Assembly: GCA_965213685.1 (NCBI GenBank)
Contig: CBDBZY010000033.1
Location: 1 to 57,894 of the forward strand
DNA: 57,894 nt
Direction: 5' to 3'
Source of the DNA: a bacterium
Lineage (GTDB): Bacteria; UBA8248
The translations under genes were made by a program, and so were the position numbers. Position 1 is the stretch's first letter, and each line of letters opens with the position of its first letter. Shown here one piece after another: positions 12,296 through 21,986 of this stretch. The notes beneath the pieces were generated by a model. The model saw nothing but the letters and a program-made list of their open reading frames with translations. It ran no database searches and was not told the DNA's origin.

Positions 12296-12751
12296 ATGAA
12301 AGTCTCGCTCGTCCCCGTTTTCGCGTTCCTCATGGCCATCGCCCTGGCGGGACCCGCCCATCCGGCGGGAGACCCCAGCCCCACCACGGCGCCCGAGCCG
12401 GCCGGGCAGCCCTACGCGCAAGGAGAGGAGATGGCGCGACAGGGAAAATGGGAGGCGGCGGCGGCGCTGTTCGGCGAGGTGGCGGCGGCGGACGCCGGGC
12501 ACTACCAGGCACTCAACATGCTGGGCTACTCCCTGCGGCAGATGGGCAGGACGAAAGAGGCCATCGCCGCCTACGACAAGGCGCTCTCCATCCGGCCCGA
12601 CTACGCGCCCGCCCTCGAATACCGGGGCGTCGCCCACGTCATGGCCGGCGACAGGGCGGCCGCACTGGCGGACCTCCGGAAGCTCGAGAGCCTGGGCTCT
12701 CCCCTCGCGGAGGACTTGCGCGCGAAGATCGCCTCCATGCCGACCCGTTGA
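12296..12751 (+). CDS. Exported tetratricopeptide-repeat protein
   Basis: Signal peptide (MKVSLVPVFAFLMAIALAGPAHPA); TPR motifs ALNMLGYSL, AIAAYDKAL and ALEYRG. Confidence 0.85.
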   Translation: MKVSLVPVFAFLMAIALAGPAHPAGDPSPTTAPEPAGQPYAQGEEMARQGKWEAAAALFGEVAAADAGHYQALNMLGYSLRQMGRTKEAIAAYDKALSIRPDYAPALEYRGVAHVMAGDRAAALADLRKLESLGSPLAEDLRAKIASMPTR

Positions 12752-12805
12752 ACCGGGCGCCTCCGGCGCCCGCCGCCCCGCCCGGGCTGCGCCGCCGGGC
12801 GGTTC

Positions 12806-13996
12806 CTATATCCGCATGAACTTCATCGGGAATTTCTGGAGGGAGCGCGCGCCGGTTTTCGTGACCTCCACGAGGTTTCCCACCTGCAGGCCGCGTTTGC
12901 CGTCCGCCGTGCAGACGTTGGGCTGAATCACCATGAGCATGCCCTCCCGGAAGGTGATGTCGTTCTGGGGGCGCTGGAGGATGGAGGCGCCGACGTCGAT
13001 TCGGGGATTTTCGATGAGCAGGCCCCATCCGTGGAAGGTGGTGTCGAAGGTGGTGAGGCCCTCCTCCTCGATGATGGCGCCCGCGCGCCGGACGTCCTCG
13101 TGCGTCCCGCCCGGCCGGAGCGCCCGGAATATCCGCCGGTAGGCCTCGACGGCCACCTCGTAGAGCTTCCGGTAGGCGGGGGTCGGCTCCGCCCCCACGG
13201 AGATGGGTCGGTGCGCCTGGCCGGGGTGCATCTCGTAGTCGGCGGACAGCTCCGTCAGGACGATGTCGCCCTTTCTCGTTCTTCGGTGGGTGGGGAACTG
13301 GTTGGGGAAGATCAGCCGCGGCCGCGCCATCGAGGTCGATCCCACGAAGATCAACTGCGGGCCTCCGCCCCGGGGCATGTACGCGCCGGCGATGATGGCG
13401 GCGAGCTCGAACTCGCTCATGCCGGGCTTCGCCCTCTCCTCCAGTGCCTCGAACGCCAGGTCCGTGAGGGCCGCCCCGCGCCGGAACCACTTGCGCTCCT
13501 CCGGGCTCTTGACGAGGCGGACTTCCGCCAAAATCTCCGAGGCGTCGGTGAAGTTCGCGGCCGGCAGGCTTTCTCGCCAATGGTCCACCACGCTGTACGG
13601 CATGGACACCGGCAGGATGCCGCGAAAGCCGACCAGGCCGATGGTTCCTTTCTCGAGCCCCAGCTCGCGGATGCGCTCCTCCACCTTCCGGCCCGGGGCG
13701 TAGTCCACGGCCTGGGTGTCGGGGATAACGCTCATCTTCCGCGCGTAGGGCAGGTAGAGCCTGTTCGATATGAACAGCGCGGGCGCGCCCTCGAGCGGGA
13801 AGACGAAGAAGCTGCTCACCGGATCCTTGTAATTGGTGACGTATTTGACGTTCGCCTGGTTGCCGCCCTGCATTCCGGAGTCGCCGTAGAATATGAGCGC
13901 GTCGATTCCGCGGGCGCGCATCCTGCTCCGGATTTCCCGATAGCGGCGGTCGTACTCGGCTTGCGGATAGCGGGGATGGTCTTTGAGCGAGGCCAT
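12806..13996 (-). CDS. M24 (pita-bread fold) peptidase/creatinase-like protein
   Basis: Creatinase/prolidase N-domain (EYDRRYREIR), RLVKSPEE, HGWGL. Canonical metal ligands look substituted. Confidence 0.8.
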   Translation of the reverse strand: MASLKDHPRYPQAEYDRRYREIRSRMRARGIDALIFYGDSGMQGGNQANVKYVTNYKDPVSSFFVFPLEGAPALFISNRLYLPYARKMSVIPDTQAVDYAPGRKVEERIRELGLEKGTIGLVGFRGILPVSMPYSVVDHWRESLPAANFTDASEILAEVRLVKSPEERKWFRRGAALTDLAFEALEERAKPGMSEFELAAIIAGAYMPRGGGPQLIFVGSTSMARPRLIFPNQFPTHRRTRKGDIVLTELSADYEMHPGQAHRPISVGAEPTPAYRKLYEVAVEAYRRIFRALRPGGTHEDVRRAGAIIEEEGLTTFDTTFHGWGLLIENPRIDVGASILQRPQNDITFREGMLMVIQPNVCTADGKRGLQVGNLVEVTKTGARSLQKFPMKFMRI

Positions 13997-14039
13997 GCTG
14001 GCGTCTCCCTGTCTCGGGCGATGTGTCCGGCGGCGCGCC

Positions 14040-15047
14040 CTATTCCCTCAGTGCGGGGATGAGCTCCTCCGAGATGAGCCGCGCGCTTCCCAGGGCGGAC
14101 GAGGCGGGCATCCCTATCCAGCTCGTGCGGATGATGAGGTGGTTCACGCCCATCTCCTTGTAGGGTTTCAGCGCCTCGTAGCATTCCTCCGGCGAGCCGA
14201 TGACGAAGCGGTCTTTCAGCAACTCCGCAAAGGGCTGGTCGAAGGTCTCGTCCTCGGGAAGCGCCTTGTCCTGCCCCCAGCGGGCGTAGTCCCTGTATTT
14301 CTGGCCAAGGTAGGGGCCGGCGAGCTCCAGCGCCGTCTTTCTGTCCTTGGCGCAAAAAACCTCCTTCATGCAGGGCAGCTCCCCGGGGAAGGGCTTGCCC
14401 GCCTCCGCCAGGCCTTCGCGGTAGACGTCCATCTGTCGCGCGATGGTCCGCGTAGTGGCGTGGGGGTTGATGAACAGCGTGTCGCCCAGGCGCGCCGCCC
14501 GCCGCACGGCCGGGTCGCTGTTCGCAGCGAACCAGATGGGCGGATGGGGTTTCTGCACGGGGCGCATGTTCAGGCGCACCCCCTCCAGCCGGCAGTATGC
14601 GCTCTCGAACGATACGGCCTCCTCCGTCCAGAGGCGCTTGACCAGCTCCAGGCAGTCCACGAAGCGCCGCACCCGCTCCCCGCGCCGGACGCCGAAGGCG
14701 TCGAACTCCACGTCGCGGTAGCCCAGGCCTACGCCGAACACCATGTTCCCCTCCGCGATGACGTCCATGGTGGCGACGGTCTCCGCCACGTAGACCGGAT
14801 TGTGCAGGTTGATGAGCAGGACGCCGACCCCGAGCGTCATCTCCCCCGCCTCGGCCTTCAGGCGCGCCAGAAACGGCAGGTTCTGCAGGTGCTGCACGTT
14901 CCCCTCGCTGAGGTAGTGCTGGCCGGTGAAAAAGGAGTCCCAGCCCGCGTCGCGCGCCAGGCGCACCAGGGCGATCTGATCGTGGAGGGCGTCGACCAGG
15001 TTGGAGTCCAGGGTTTGCTGCGCGGACAGGAAGATGCCGACTTTCAT
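14040..15047 (-). CDS. LLM-class (luciferase-like) flavin-dependent oxidoreductase
   Basis: GQHY, HNPVYVAETVATMD, GVGLGYRDVEF, PVQKPHPPIW. Confidence 0.92.
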   Translation of the reverse strand: MKVGIFLSAQQTLDSNLVDALHDQIALVRLARDAGWDSFFTGQHYLSEGNVQHLQNLPFLARLKAEAGEMTLGVGVLLINLHNPVYVAETVATMDVIAEGNMVFGVGLGYRDVEFDAFGVRRGERVRRFVDCLELVKRLWTEEAVSFESAYCRLEGVRLNMRPVQKPHPPIWFAANSDPAVRRAARLGDTLFINPHATTRTIARQMDVYREGLAEAGKPFPGELPCMKEVFCAKDRKTALELAGPYLGQKYRDYARWGQDKALPEDETFDQPFAELLKDRFVIGSPEECYEALKPYKEMGVNHLIIRTSWIGMPASSALGSARLISEELIPALRE

Positions 15048-15107
15048 GCGGGAGCCTCTCTCCAGGAAAACGGCCGGGGGCGGACGCGCACCGGCGCGCG
15101 CGGGCAG

Positions 15108-15150
15108 AAAAAAACCGCGGGGGGCGCGAGCCGTGGTGCGCCCCCCGCGG
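15108..15150 (-). terminator. Intrinsic terminator after the substrate-binding protein gene
   Basis: Perfect CCGCGGGGGGCGC/GCGCCCCCCGCGG stem followed by U7 on the minus strand. Confidence 0.8.
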
Positions 15151-15173
15151 CGTGATGAGCTGAAAACGCCCCC

Positions 15174-16703
15174 CTAGTTGCTGCCGAGCACCTCGATCTC
15201 CCAGGGGAGGAGCGTTTCGTCGTGGCGCGGGGTCCAGTTGAGGTTCGCCTGGTGGCCAAGCACGTCGTGAATCTTCACGAAAATCTTGTGCGTGGCCAGA
15301 GCCTTCATCTTGTCGGTCACGGCCTCGAAGGCGGCCTGCTGCGCCTTCGGGTCGACGGTGGCCGTGGCCTTGTCGATCGCCGCGTCCAGCTCCTTGAAGC
15401 ACATGCCGCTCCAGGGCCCCTTGCAGCCGGAGGTTCCGCGCAGCACGGAGGTGGAGTCTCCCTGCCCGTTGCCGAAGCCCATGTAGTAGGCCGCCGCCCC
15501 CTTCTTCTTGCCCGCCTTGTAGGCGCGGTGGAGCTTCTTGAAGAGCGGGAAGCGCTGGGAGTTGCAGGTGGCGTCGATGCCGACTTTCTTGATCATGCCG
15601 GCCGCGGCCTCGCAGGTGGCCTTGTCGCCCGGATAGCGTCCGTTCGTGGCGATGAGCTCCATCTTGAAGCCTTTTTCATGGCCGGCCTCCTTGAGGAGCG
15701 CCTTGGCCTTGGCCGGGTCGTGGCCGTACCACGCTTTCTTCGGGTTGTAGCCCGAGTAGTTCCAGGGGTGGAGCATCTGGCCGAAGAGGTCGGCCCGTCC
15801 GCCCAGGATGGTCGTCCGCACGGCTTCGGCGTCGATGGCGTAGTTGATGGCCTTGCGCACCCGGACGTCCGCCATCGGACCGCCGTGGGTGGTGAAGAAG
15901 CCCATGTGCATGATGCGCACGGCGGGGACGACGGCGACTTTCGTCTTCGGGTTTTTCTCCAGCTGGGGGATGAACTGCGGCATGATGCCCCACGCCACGT
16001 CGATCTCGCCCGCCTGGAGCGCCTTGGCCCGCGTCGCGCTCTCGCGGATCCGGCGCAGGACGACGCGCTGCGGCCGCTTGGGGAAGTTCTTGTTGTTCCA
16101 CCAGTTCGGGTTCGCGTCGAACACCATCTTCTGTCCCTTCGTCCAGGATTTCAGGATGTAGGGGCCCGTGCCGTAGGTGTTGCGCGAGATGTGGGCGAGC
16201 TCCTTGCCCTTGGTTTTCAGGCTGATGGGGCCGGCCCAGCGCGTGAGGCGGTTCCACATGCCGCCGTCGGGCTGTTTGTTGTGGTAGATGAAGGTGTGGT
16301 CGTCCAGCACCTCGATCTTGTCCACGTTCTTGAAGTACTGCCGCTGGCGGGCCGATTTCATCACGCGGCTGATGGTGTACTTGAAGCTCTCGGCGGTAAA
16401 GCGCGTGCCGTCAGAGAATTTCACCCCTTTCCGCAGGTGGAACTTCGCTTTCGTGGGGCTCATCTTGACCCACTTGGTGGCGAGCCAGGGCTGCTTCGCC
16501 CCCGTGCCGGTCTCGGCGTGAAGCAGGGTGTCGTAGCTCCAGCGCCAGACCATCGCGCCGATGAAGTTCGAGACGCGGTGGGGGTCCATCGTCGGGGGCT
16601 CGCCCGTCAGAGCGATGGTGACGGTGCTTTTCGCGTCAGCCGTCAGGGGCGCGCCGACCGCCAGGATGGCGAAGGCAGCCAGGATTACGAGAAGTTTCCG
16701 CAT
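15174..16703 (-). CDS. ABC transporter substrate-binding protein, family 5 (peptide/nickel)
   Basis: Signal peptide; LRKGVKFSDGT, GTGPY, DVRVRKAINYAID, KAKALLKEAG. Confidence 0.93.
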   Translation of the reverse strand: MRKLLVILAAFAILAVGAPLTADAKSTVTIALTGEPPTMDPHRVSNFIGAMVWRWSYDTLLHAETGTGAKQPWLATKWVKMSPTKAKFHLRKGVKFSDGTRFTAESFKYTISRVMKSARQRQYFKNVDKIEVLDDHTFIYHNKQPDGGMWNRLTRWAGPISLKTKGKELAHISRNTYGTGPYILKSWTKGQKMVFDANPNWWNNKNFPKRPQRVVLRRIRESATRAKALQAGEIDVAWGIMPQFIPQLEKNPKTKVAVVPAVRIMHMGFFTTHGGPMADVRVRKAINYAIDAEAVRTTILGGRADLFGQMLHPWNYSGYNPKKAWYGHDPAKAKALLKEAGHEKGFKMELIATNGRYPGDKATCEAAAGMIKKVGIDATCNSQRFPLFKKLHRAYKAGKKKGAAAYYMGFGNGQGDSTSVLRGTSGCKGPWSGMCFKELDAAIDKATATVDPKAQQAAFEAVTDKMKALATHKIFVKIHDVLGHQANLNWTPRHDETLLPWEIEVLGSN

Positions 16704-17016
16704 GGGGTTTCCTCCTTTCGGGTAAAAGACAGGTTCCTAAAGCCTGCTCCGGTGAAGATCTGAAAGCCATCCCTTTGTATCGAGAAGACCGCCCGGGATG
16801 CTCCGCTTTTCCGCCATGAAGAGAGTTCGCGAAATATATCATGGATGCGAACGGGGCGTCAAAGCGCATAAGGATGGATTTGCCCCGACGCGCGGTTTCC
16901 TTGTGAGGCGTCGGGGTTTGCGTGTATGGTCGCGGTGTTCCACGGGCGACGGGCGTTGGCGCATTCTCGCATTCTCGCGTTTTTGCAGGGCGAGGCGAGA
17001 GAGAGGGAGGGCTTCC

Positions 17017-18192
17017 ATGGCGGCGGAGCGGGTCATCGGTTCATGGTTTCGGTATTTCCCCGAGCACTACCTGTGGTCGCAGCTGATGAGCGGGCAAATC
17101 AACATCGCCCCGATGGGCGGCTCGAACTTCCACGAGCTGGATCAGATAGGAAGGCGGCTGAGCGGACGCGCGGGCGACGCCGACGCCTGGCGCGAGGCCT
17201 GGTCCGCGATGGCGGACAGGGTGGAGGGGTTCGCTGCGGAGGAGGAGGGCAGGGGCCACGAGCGCACCGCGATGGCGGCCTACCTGCGGTGCGCCATCTA
17301 CCGCTACGCGAGCGAGCGGTTCGTGCATCCCGACGACCCGGAGAAGGCGGCGTCCTACGAGAGGCTCCTCCCCCATTACGAGAAGGCGATGAAATACCGC
17401 GTCCCCGGGTTTCGGCGCGTGGAGGTTCCCTACGAGGAGGGCCCCCTGGCGGCGTACCTGCTCCCGCCGCGCGCCCCGACGGGGGACGACCCCTACGTCG
17501 TCTTCTTCGATGGACTCGACGGCTCCAAGGAGATCACCGCCCTCTGGGGTGCGCTCGCCCTGATAGCGCGCGGGGTCGGGGTGCTCTGCGTGGACGGGCC
17601 GGGGCAGGGGGAGACGCTCCGGCTCCGGAAGATAGCGAGCCGCCCGGATTACGAGGTGGCCGGAACCGCCGCCTTCGATTTTCTGGACGCGCGTCCCGAG
17701 GTGGATTCCGCGCGCGTCGGCGTCATGGCCATGAGCATGGGGGGCTACTACGCCCCGCGCGTCGCCGCGTTCGAGCATCGCTATGCGGCGTGCCTCGCCT
17801 GGGGGGCGCATTTTGATTATCACGAGGTCTGGGCACACCGCAGAAAGGTGCTGGAGAGCGGGGGCACCATCTCCTCGTCCGCCATATGGCAGCTGCCCTG
17901 GGTGCTGGGGGCACCGGACATGGACTCGGCGATGGAGAAATGCAGGGCCTATACGCTGGCCGGCGTCGCGGAGAGGATACGAATGCCCATCTGCATCACC
18001 CACGGGCAGGATGACAACATCGTGCCGGTCGACATGGCCTACAGGCTGTATGATGCGTGCGGCTCGGAGGAGAAGGAGCTGAAAATCTTCACCCTCGCCG
18101 ATGGCGGCAGCCAGCATTGCGTGTTCGACAACCTGCCGATGTGCGGCGACTGGATCGCGGACTGGTGGATGGACAGGTTCGCCGCCGCGTAG
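17017..18192 (+). CDS. Alpha/beta hydrolase, 2,6-dihydroxy-pseudooxynicotine hydrolase/FrsA-like (paralog 1)
   Basis: FDGLDGSKE, DGPGQGE, nucleophile SMGGYYAPR, QHC near the C-terminus. Confidence 0.8.
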   Translation: MAAERVIGSWFRYFPEHYLWSQLMSGQINIAPMGGSNFHELDQIGRRLSGRAGDADAWREAWSAMADRVEGFAAEEEGRGHERTAMAAYLRCAIYRYASERFVHPDDPEKAASYERLLPHYEKAMKYRVPGFRRVEVPYEEGPLAAYLLPPRAPTGDDPYVVFFDGLDGSKEITALWGALALIARGVGVLCVDGPGQGETLRLRKIASRPDYEVAGTAAFDFLDARPEVDSARVGVMAMSMGGYYAPRVAAFEHRYAACLAWGAHFDYHEVWAHRRKVLESGGTISSSAIWQLPWVLGAPDMDSAMEKCRAYTLAGVAERIRMPICITHGQDDNIVPVDMAYRLYDACGSEEKELKIFTLADGGSQHCVFDNLPMCGDWIADWWMDRFAAA

Positions 18193-18273
18193 GCGCCGCC
18201 CGTTTTCGGCGGGGGTGCATGGAGGAGCTCCGGTGCCCCCGCCATCACTTTGCTTGGAGGAGGAGGAGAGGGG

Positions 18274-18684
18274 ATGGCGGAGGAGACGAGAGAGGAGAAG
18301 GTGCGGCGCATCACGGAGAAAATCCACGGAGACAGGGGGTTCGTGTATGACGTGCTCGGCTTCGGCGCGCAGCTGGACCCGGATTATTTCGAGGCGTATT
18401 CCCAGATGCACTGGGGGTTTTTCAAGGAGGAGCCGCGCCATCTGGACCCCAAGACGCGCGAGCTCATCGAAATCGGCCTCCTCGCCTTCAAGGGCATGAA
18501 GCACGAGGTCTACACCCACACCAAAAAGGCGCTGCGCCTGGGCGCCACGATGGAGGAGGTGCTCGAGGCGTTCGAGGTGGCCAGCATCGGCGGCGGCGCG
18601 CCCGTGCTGATGGAGGGGCTCTACGCGCTCAAGCGCATCGCCGACGAGCGGGCCCAAGAGGAGGGCGGGGCGGAGTCGGGATGA
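18274..18684 (+). CDS. CMD/AhpD-like family protein
   Basis: LDPKTRELI...HTKKALRLGATMEEVLEA. Confidence 0.85.
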   Translation: MAEETREEKVRRITEKIHGDRGFVYDVLGFGAQLDPDYFEAYSQMHWGFFKEEPRHLDPKTRELIEIGLLAFKGMKHEVYTHTKKALRLGATMEEVLEAFEVASIGGGAPVLMEGLYALKRIADERAQEEGGAESG

Positions 18685-18771
18685 TCGCTGGTCTCGGGCG
18701 CCGATTTGTGAGAGTCTGGGGAAAATCCACGGACGGGAAGGCCCCACCATCGCGCGGAAGGAGAACGTCTG

Positions 18772-19740
18772 TTGGCCAAAGGGAAGGCGTCTTTGAGCGG
18801 CGAGCGGATGCAGGAGATGTACCGCGCCATGTTGCGCATACGCAGGTTTGAGGAGAAGGCGTTCGAGCTGTTCGAGAGGGGGGAGGTGATGGGCGGCATC
18901 CACGTGAGCGTCGGTCAGGAGGGCTGCTCGGTGGGCGCGTGCAGCGCGCTTCGGGAGGATGACGCGATTCTCACCACCCACCGCGGCCACGGCCACTCCA
19001 TCGCCAAGGGAACGCGCCTGCCCGAGATGATGGCGGAGCTTCTCGGCAAGGCGACCGGCCTTTGCCACGCCAAGGGAGGCTCGATGCACATCGCCGACGT
19101 ATCGAAGGGCCACTACGGCGCGCATTCCATCGTGGGCTCGAACATGCCCATGGCGGTGGGCATCGGCCTGGCCTTTCATTTCGAGGGAAACGGCCAGGTG
19201 GCGGTCGCCTTCTTCGGCGACGGCGCCGCGAACGAGGGCAGCTTTCACGAGTCGATGAACCTGGCCTCGATATGGAAGCTTCCCGTCATCTTCTTTTGCG
19301 AGAACAACCATTTCGCGTCGAGCACCCGGGTGGGCTACGCCACCTCGGTGGCGGACATCAGCGCGCGGGCGGGCGGCTACGACATGCCCGGCGTGAGCGT
19401 GGACGGCATGGACGTGCTGGCGGTCCACGAGGTGATGGCCGAGGCCGTCTCCCGCGCGCGGGGGGGATTGGGCCCCAGCCTGATCGAGGCGAAAACCTAT
19501 CGGTATTTCGGCCATTCCAGGAAAGACCCCCGGTTCGGTCCCTACCGGACGGAGGAGGAGTGGAACGAATGGAAGGCGAGGGACCCCCTGCTCCTGGCCG
19601 AGAGGATGCTGGGCGTGAGCGCGGCGCAGAAGCGGGTCCATCTGGCCGCCGTGGAGGAGGAGTTGGGAGAGGCGCTCGCCTTCGCCGAGGCGAGCCCCGC
19701 GCCCGCGCCCGATGACGTGTATGGGGATCTCTATGCCTGA
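18772..19740 (+). CDS. TPP-dependent dehydrogenase E1 alpha subunit (acetoin/pyruvate type)
   Basis: THRGHGH, GGSMH, GDGAANEG...NN TPP motif, TYRYFGHS. Confidence 0.93.
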   Translation: MAKGKASLSGERMQEMYRAMLRIRRFEEKAFELFERGEVMGGIHVSVGQEGCSVGACSALREDDAILTTHRGHGHSIAKGTRLPEMMAELLGKATGLCHAKGGSMHIADVSKGHYGAHSIVGSNMPMAVGIGLAFHFEGNGQVAVAFFGDGAANEGSFHESMNLASIWKLPVIFFCENNHFASSTRVGYATSVADISARAGGYDMPGVSVDGMDVLAVHEVMAEAVSRARGGLGPSLIEAKTYRYFGHSRKDPRFGPYRTEEEWNEWKARDPLLLAERMLGVSAAQKRVHLAAVEEELGEALAFAEASPAPAPDDVYGDLYA

Positions 19741-20734
19741 GGCGAAGACGCGCACCATGTCGTATGCGGCGGCGATCAACGAGGCGCTCCACGAGGAGAT
19801 GGCGCGCGACGAGAGGGTGTTCCTGATGGGGGAGGACGTGGCGCTCTCCGCCATCTCCCCCGCCACGGCGGGCCTGGGCGAGCGGTTCGGCCACGAGCGC
19901 GTGCGCAACACGCCGATAAGCGAGCTGGGCTTCACCGGCGCCGCCGTGGGCGCCGCCATGGCGGGCTACCGGCCGGTGCTCGACATGCGGCGCATCGATT
20001 TCATGATGCTGGCGATAGACCCCATCGCGAACCAGGCGGCCAAGCTGCGCTATATGCTCGGCGGCCAGGTGAGCGTTCCCCTCGTCATCCGGGCACCGGA
20101 GGGCGGCGGCGTGCAGAACGGCCCCACGCACAGCCAGTGCCTCGAGGCCTGGTTCATCCAGGTCCCCGGGCTGCGCGTCGTGGTGCCGAGCGACCCCGCC
20201 GACGCGAAGGGACTTCTGAAATCCGCCATACGGGAGGACAACCCGGTGCTCTTCGTGGAGTATCGCTCGCTCTACTCCCTCGAGGGCGCCGTGCCGGCGG
20301 GAGACTGGACGGCGCCCATCGGCGAGGCGGCGGTGAAGCGCGAGGGGGCGGACATCACCCTCATCGGGATCGGAAGCCAGGCGCGCAACTGCCTGGAGGC
20401 GGCGGAGCGGCTCGCGACGGAGGGGGTCGGCGCCGAGGTGGCGGACCCGAGAACCATCAATCCGCTGGACGTGGAGGGGCTCGCGGCCTCCGTCCGCAAG
20501 ACGGGGGCGTGCGTGATAGCCGAGGAGGGACACCGGAGCGGAGGGGTGGGGGCGGAGATCGCCGCCTCGATGCAGGAGGCGGCCTTTGACGCCCTCAGGG
20601 CGCCCATCCGCCGCGTGGCGGCCCTCGACGTGCCCGTGCCCGTTCACGCAAAGCTCGAGGCGATCGTCCTGCCCGACACGGAGAAGATCGTGGCGGCGGC
20701 GAGGCGAACCCTGGCGGCCGCATCCGCCGGCTGA
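19733..20734 (+). CDS. TPP-dependent dehydrogenase E1 beta subunit
   Basis: MGEDV, NTPISELGF, GPTHSQ, DAKGLLKSAI. Confidence 0.93.
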   Translation: MPEAKTRTMSYAAAINEALHEEMARDERVFLMGEDVALSAISPATAGLGERFGHERVRNTPISELGFTGAAVGAAMAGYRPVLDMRRIDFMMLAIDPIANQAAKLRYMLGGQVSVPLVIRAPEGGGVQNGPTHSQCLEAWFIQVPGLRVVVPSDPADAKGLLKSAIREDNPVLFVEYRSLYSLEGAVPAGDWTAPIGEAAVKREGADITLIGIGSQARNCLEAAERLATEGVGAEVADPRTINPLDVEGLAASVRKTGACVIAEEGHRSGGVGAEIAASMQEAAFDALRAPIRRVAALDVPVPVHAKLEAIVLPDTEKIVAAARRTLAAASAG

Positions 20735-20737
20735 GCC

Positions 20738-21721
20738 TCAGTCCTGGGCGACGATGGGGTTTCTGAGAACGCCCACGCTCTCCACCTCGCACTCCACCAC
20801 GTCTCCCGGCCGCAGGAGGAACGGCTCCGGGTCCTCCTGCTCGAGTGCCACGCCGGAAAACGTGCCTGAGGAGATGATGTCGCCCGGCTCGAGCGACATC
20901 TGGCTGTAGAAGGCGATGAGCTCGGGTATCTTGAAAATCATGTCGGTCAAAAGCTCATCCTGGCGCGTCTCGCCGTTCACCCTGCATTGCACGCGCAGCG
21001 ACTCGGGGTTCGGCACCGCGTCCGCGGTGACAATGTAGGGGCCGACCGGGTTGGTGGTGTCGAAGTTTTTCCCGAGAAACACGCCTCCCAGGGCGGGGGT
21101 TCTCTGCACCTCGCGCGCCGTGATGTCGTTGTAGACCGTGTAGCCCATGATGACGTCGAAGGCGTTCTCGGGCGCAACGTCCTTGCAGTGCTTGCCGATG
21201 ACGATGCCCACCTCCACCTCGTAGTCCAGCATCCTGGTCTGTCTCGGGTAGAGCACCGGCTCCTCGTGTCCCACGAGCGAGGTGTCGAACCGGGGGGCGC
21301 CCGGCACGTTTTCGGGAACCGCATGGCCGGTGTTCGCCACGTGCTTGTTCGAGTTCAGCCCGGTGTGAAAAAACTTGCCCGGATGCGGAATCGGCGCCCG
21401 GAGCCGCACGTGCCTGCCCTTCAGCGCGGCGACCTCCCCGTCCGGCCCCGCCGGCTCTCCGCCGGCGTCGACGGCCGCCTCCGCATGGCGGAGCGCCGCG
21501 CGCGCGGCCGCCAGGGCGGGCTCCCCGCCGCAGAGAAAATCGCGCATGTCCCGCGGAATCCGCGCGCTCGCCATGGCGTAGGGCCGCCCCTCTCCCTCCT
21601 TTTCCGCGAGATAGCCCGCGTAGGCGAGCCGCAAGTCGAGCATCCGCCCGTCGGCCAGGACGACTCCGAGGCGGTCTCCGGCGGCACCCGGCGAGAGGTT
21701 TCTGTAGGTGGCGAGTTTCAT
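20738..21721 (-). CDS. Fumarylacetoacetate hydrolase family protein
   Basis: LDYEVEVG, NDITAREVQ, GKNFDT, PGDIISSGT; start MKLATY. Confidence 0.9.
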   Translation of the reverse strand: MKLATYRNLSPGAAGDRLGVVLADGRMLDLRLAYAGYLAEKEGEGRPYAMASARIPRDMRDFLCGGEPALAAARAALRHAEAAVDAGGEPAGPDGEVAALKGRHVRLRAPIPHPGKFFHTGLNSNKHVANTGHAVPENVPGAPRFDTSLVGHEEPVLYPRQTRMLDYEVEVGIVIGKHCKDVAPENAFDVIMGYTVYNDITAREVQRTPALGGVFLGKNFDTTNPVGPYIVTADAVPNPESLRVQCRVNGETRQDELLTDMIFKIPELIAFYSQMSLEPGDIISSGTFSGVALEQEDPEPFLLRPGDVVECEVESVGVLRNPIVAQD

Positions 21722-21986
21722 GGCTGTCCCCTTTTCGTGAACGGAAAAACGGAGGGCTACGCGCGCATGGCCGGCGCGCACCGCCGCTCCCATCCTACAA
21801 AACGAGGTCGCCGATTGTCCACGAAGCGCGGCTGCGGGCGGCGTCCGGGCGGCCGGGGGGCCGGAGAAGAAAACGCCGCCGGGGAGGGCGGCACTTGACG
21901 ACTTGACGAAAGAAGGGGATAAATCCATTCTCAACGTACATGTTGGGTGCGGTTTAAGTTCGGGCGATTTCTGGTCGGGGTTTCCC

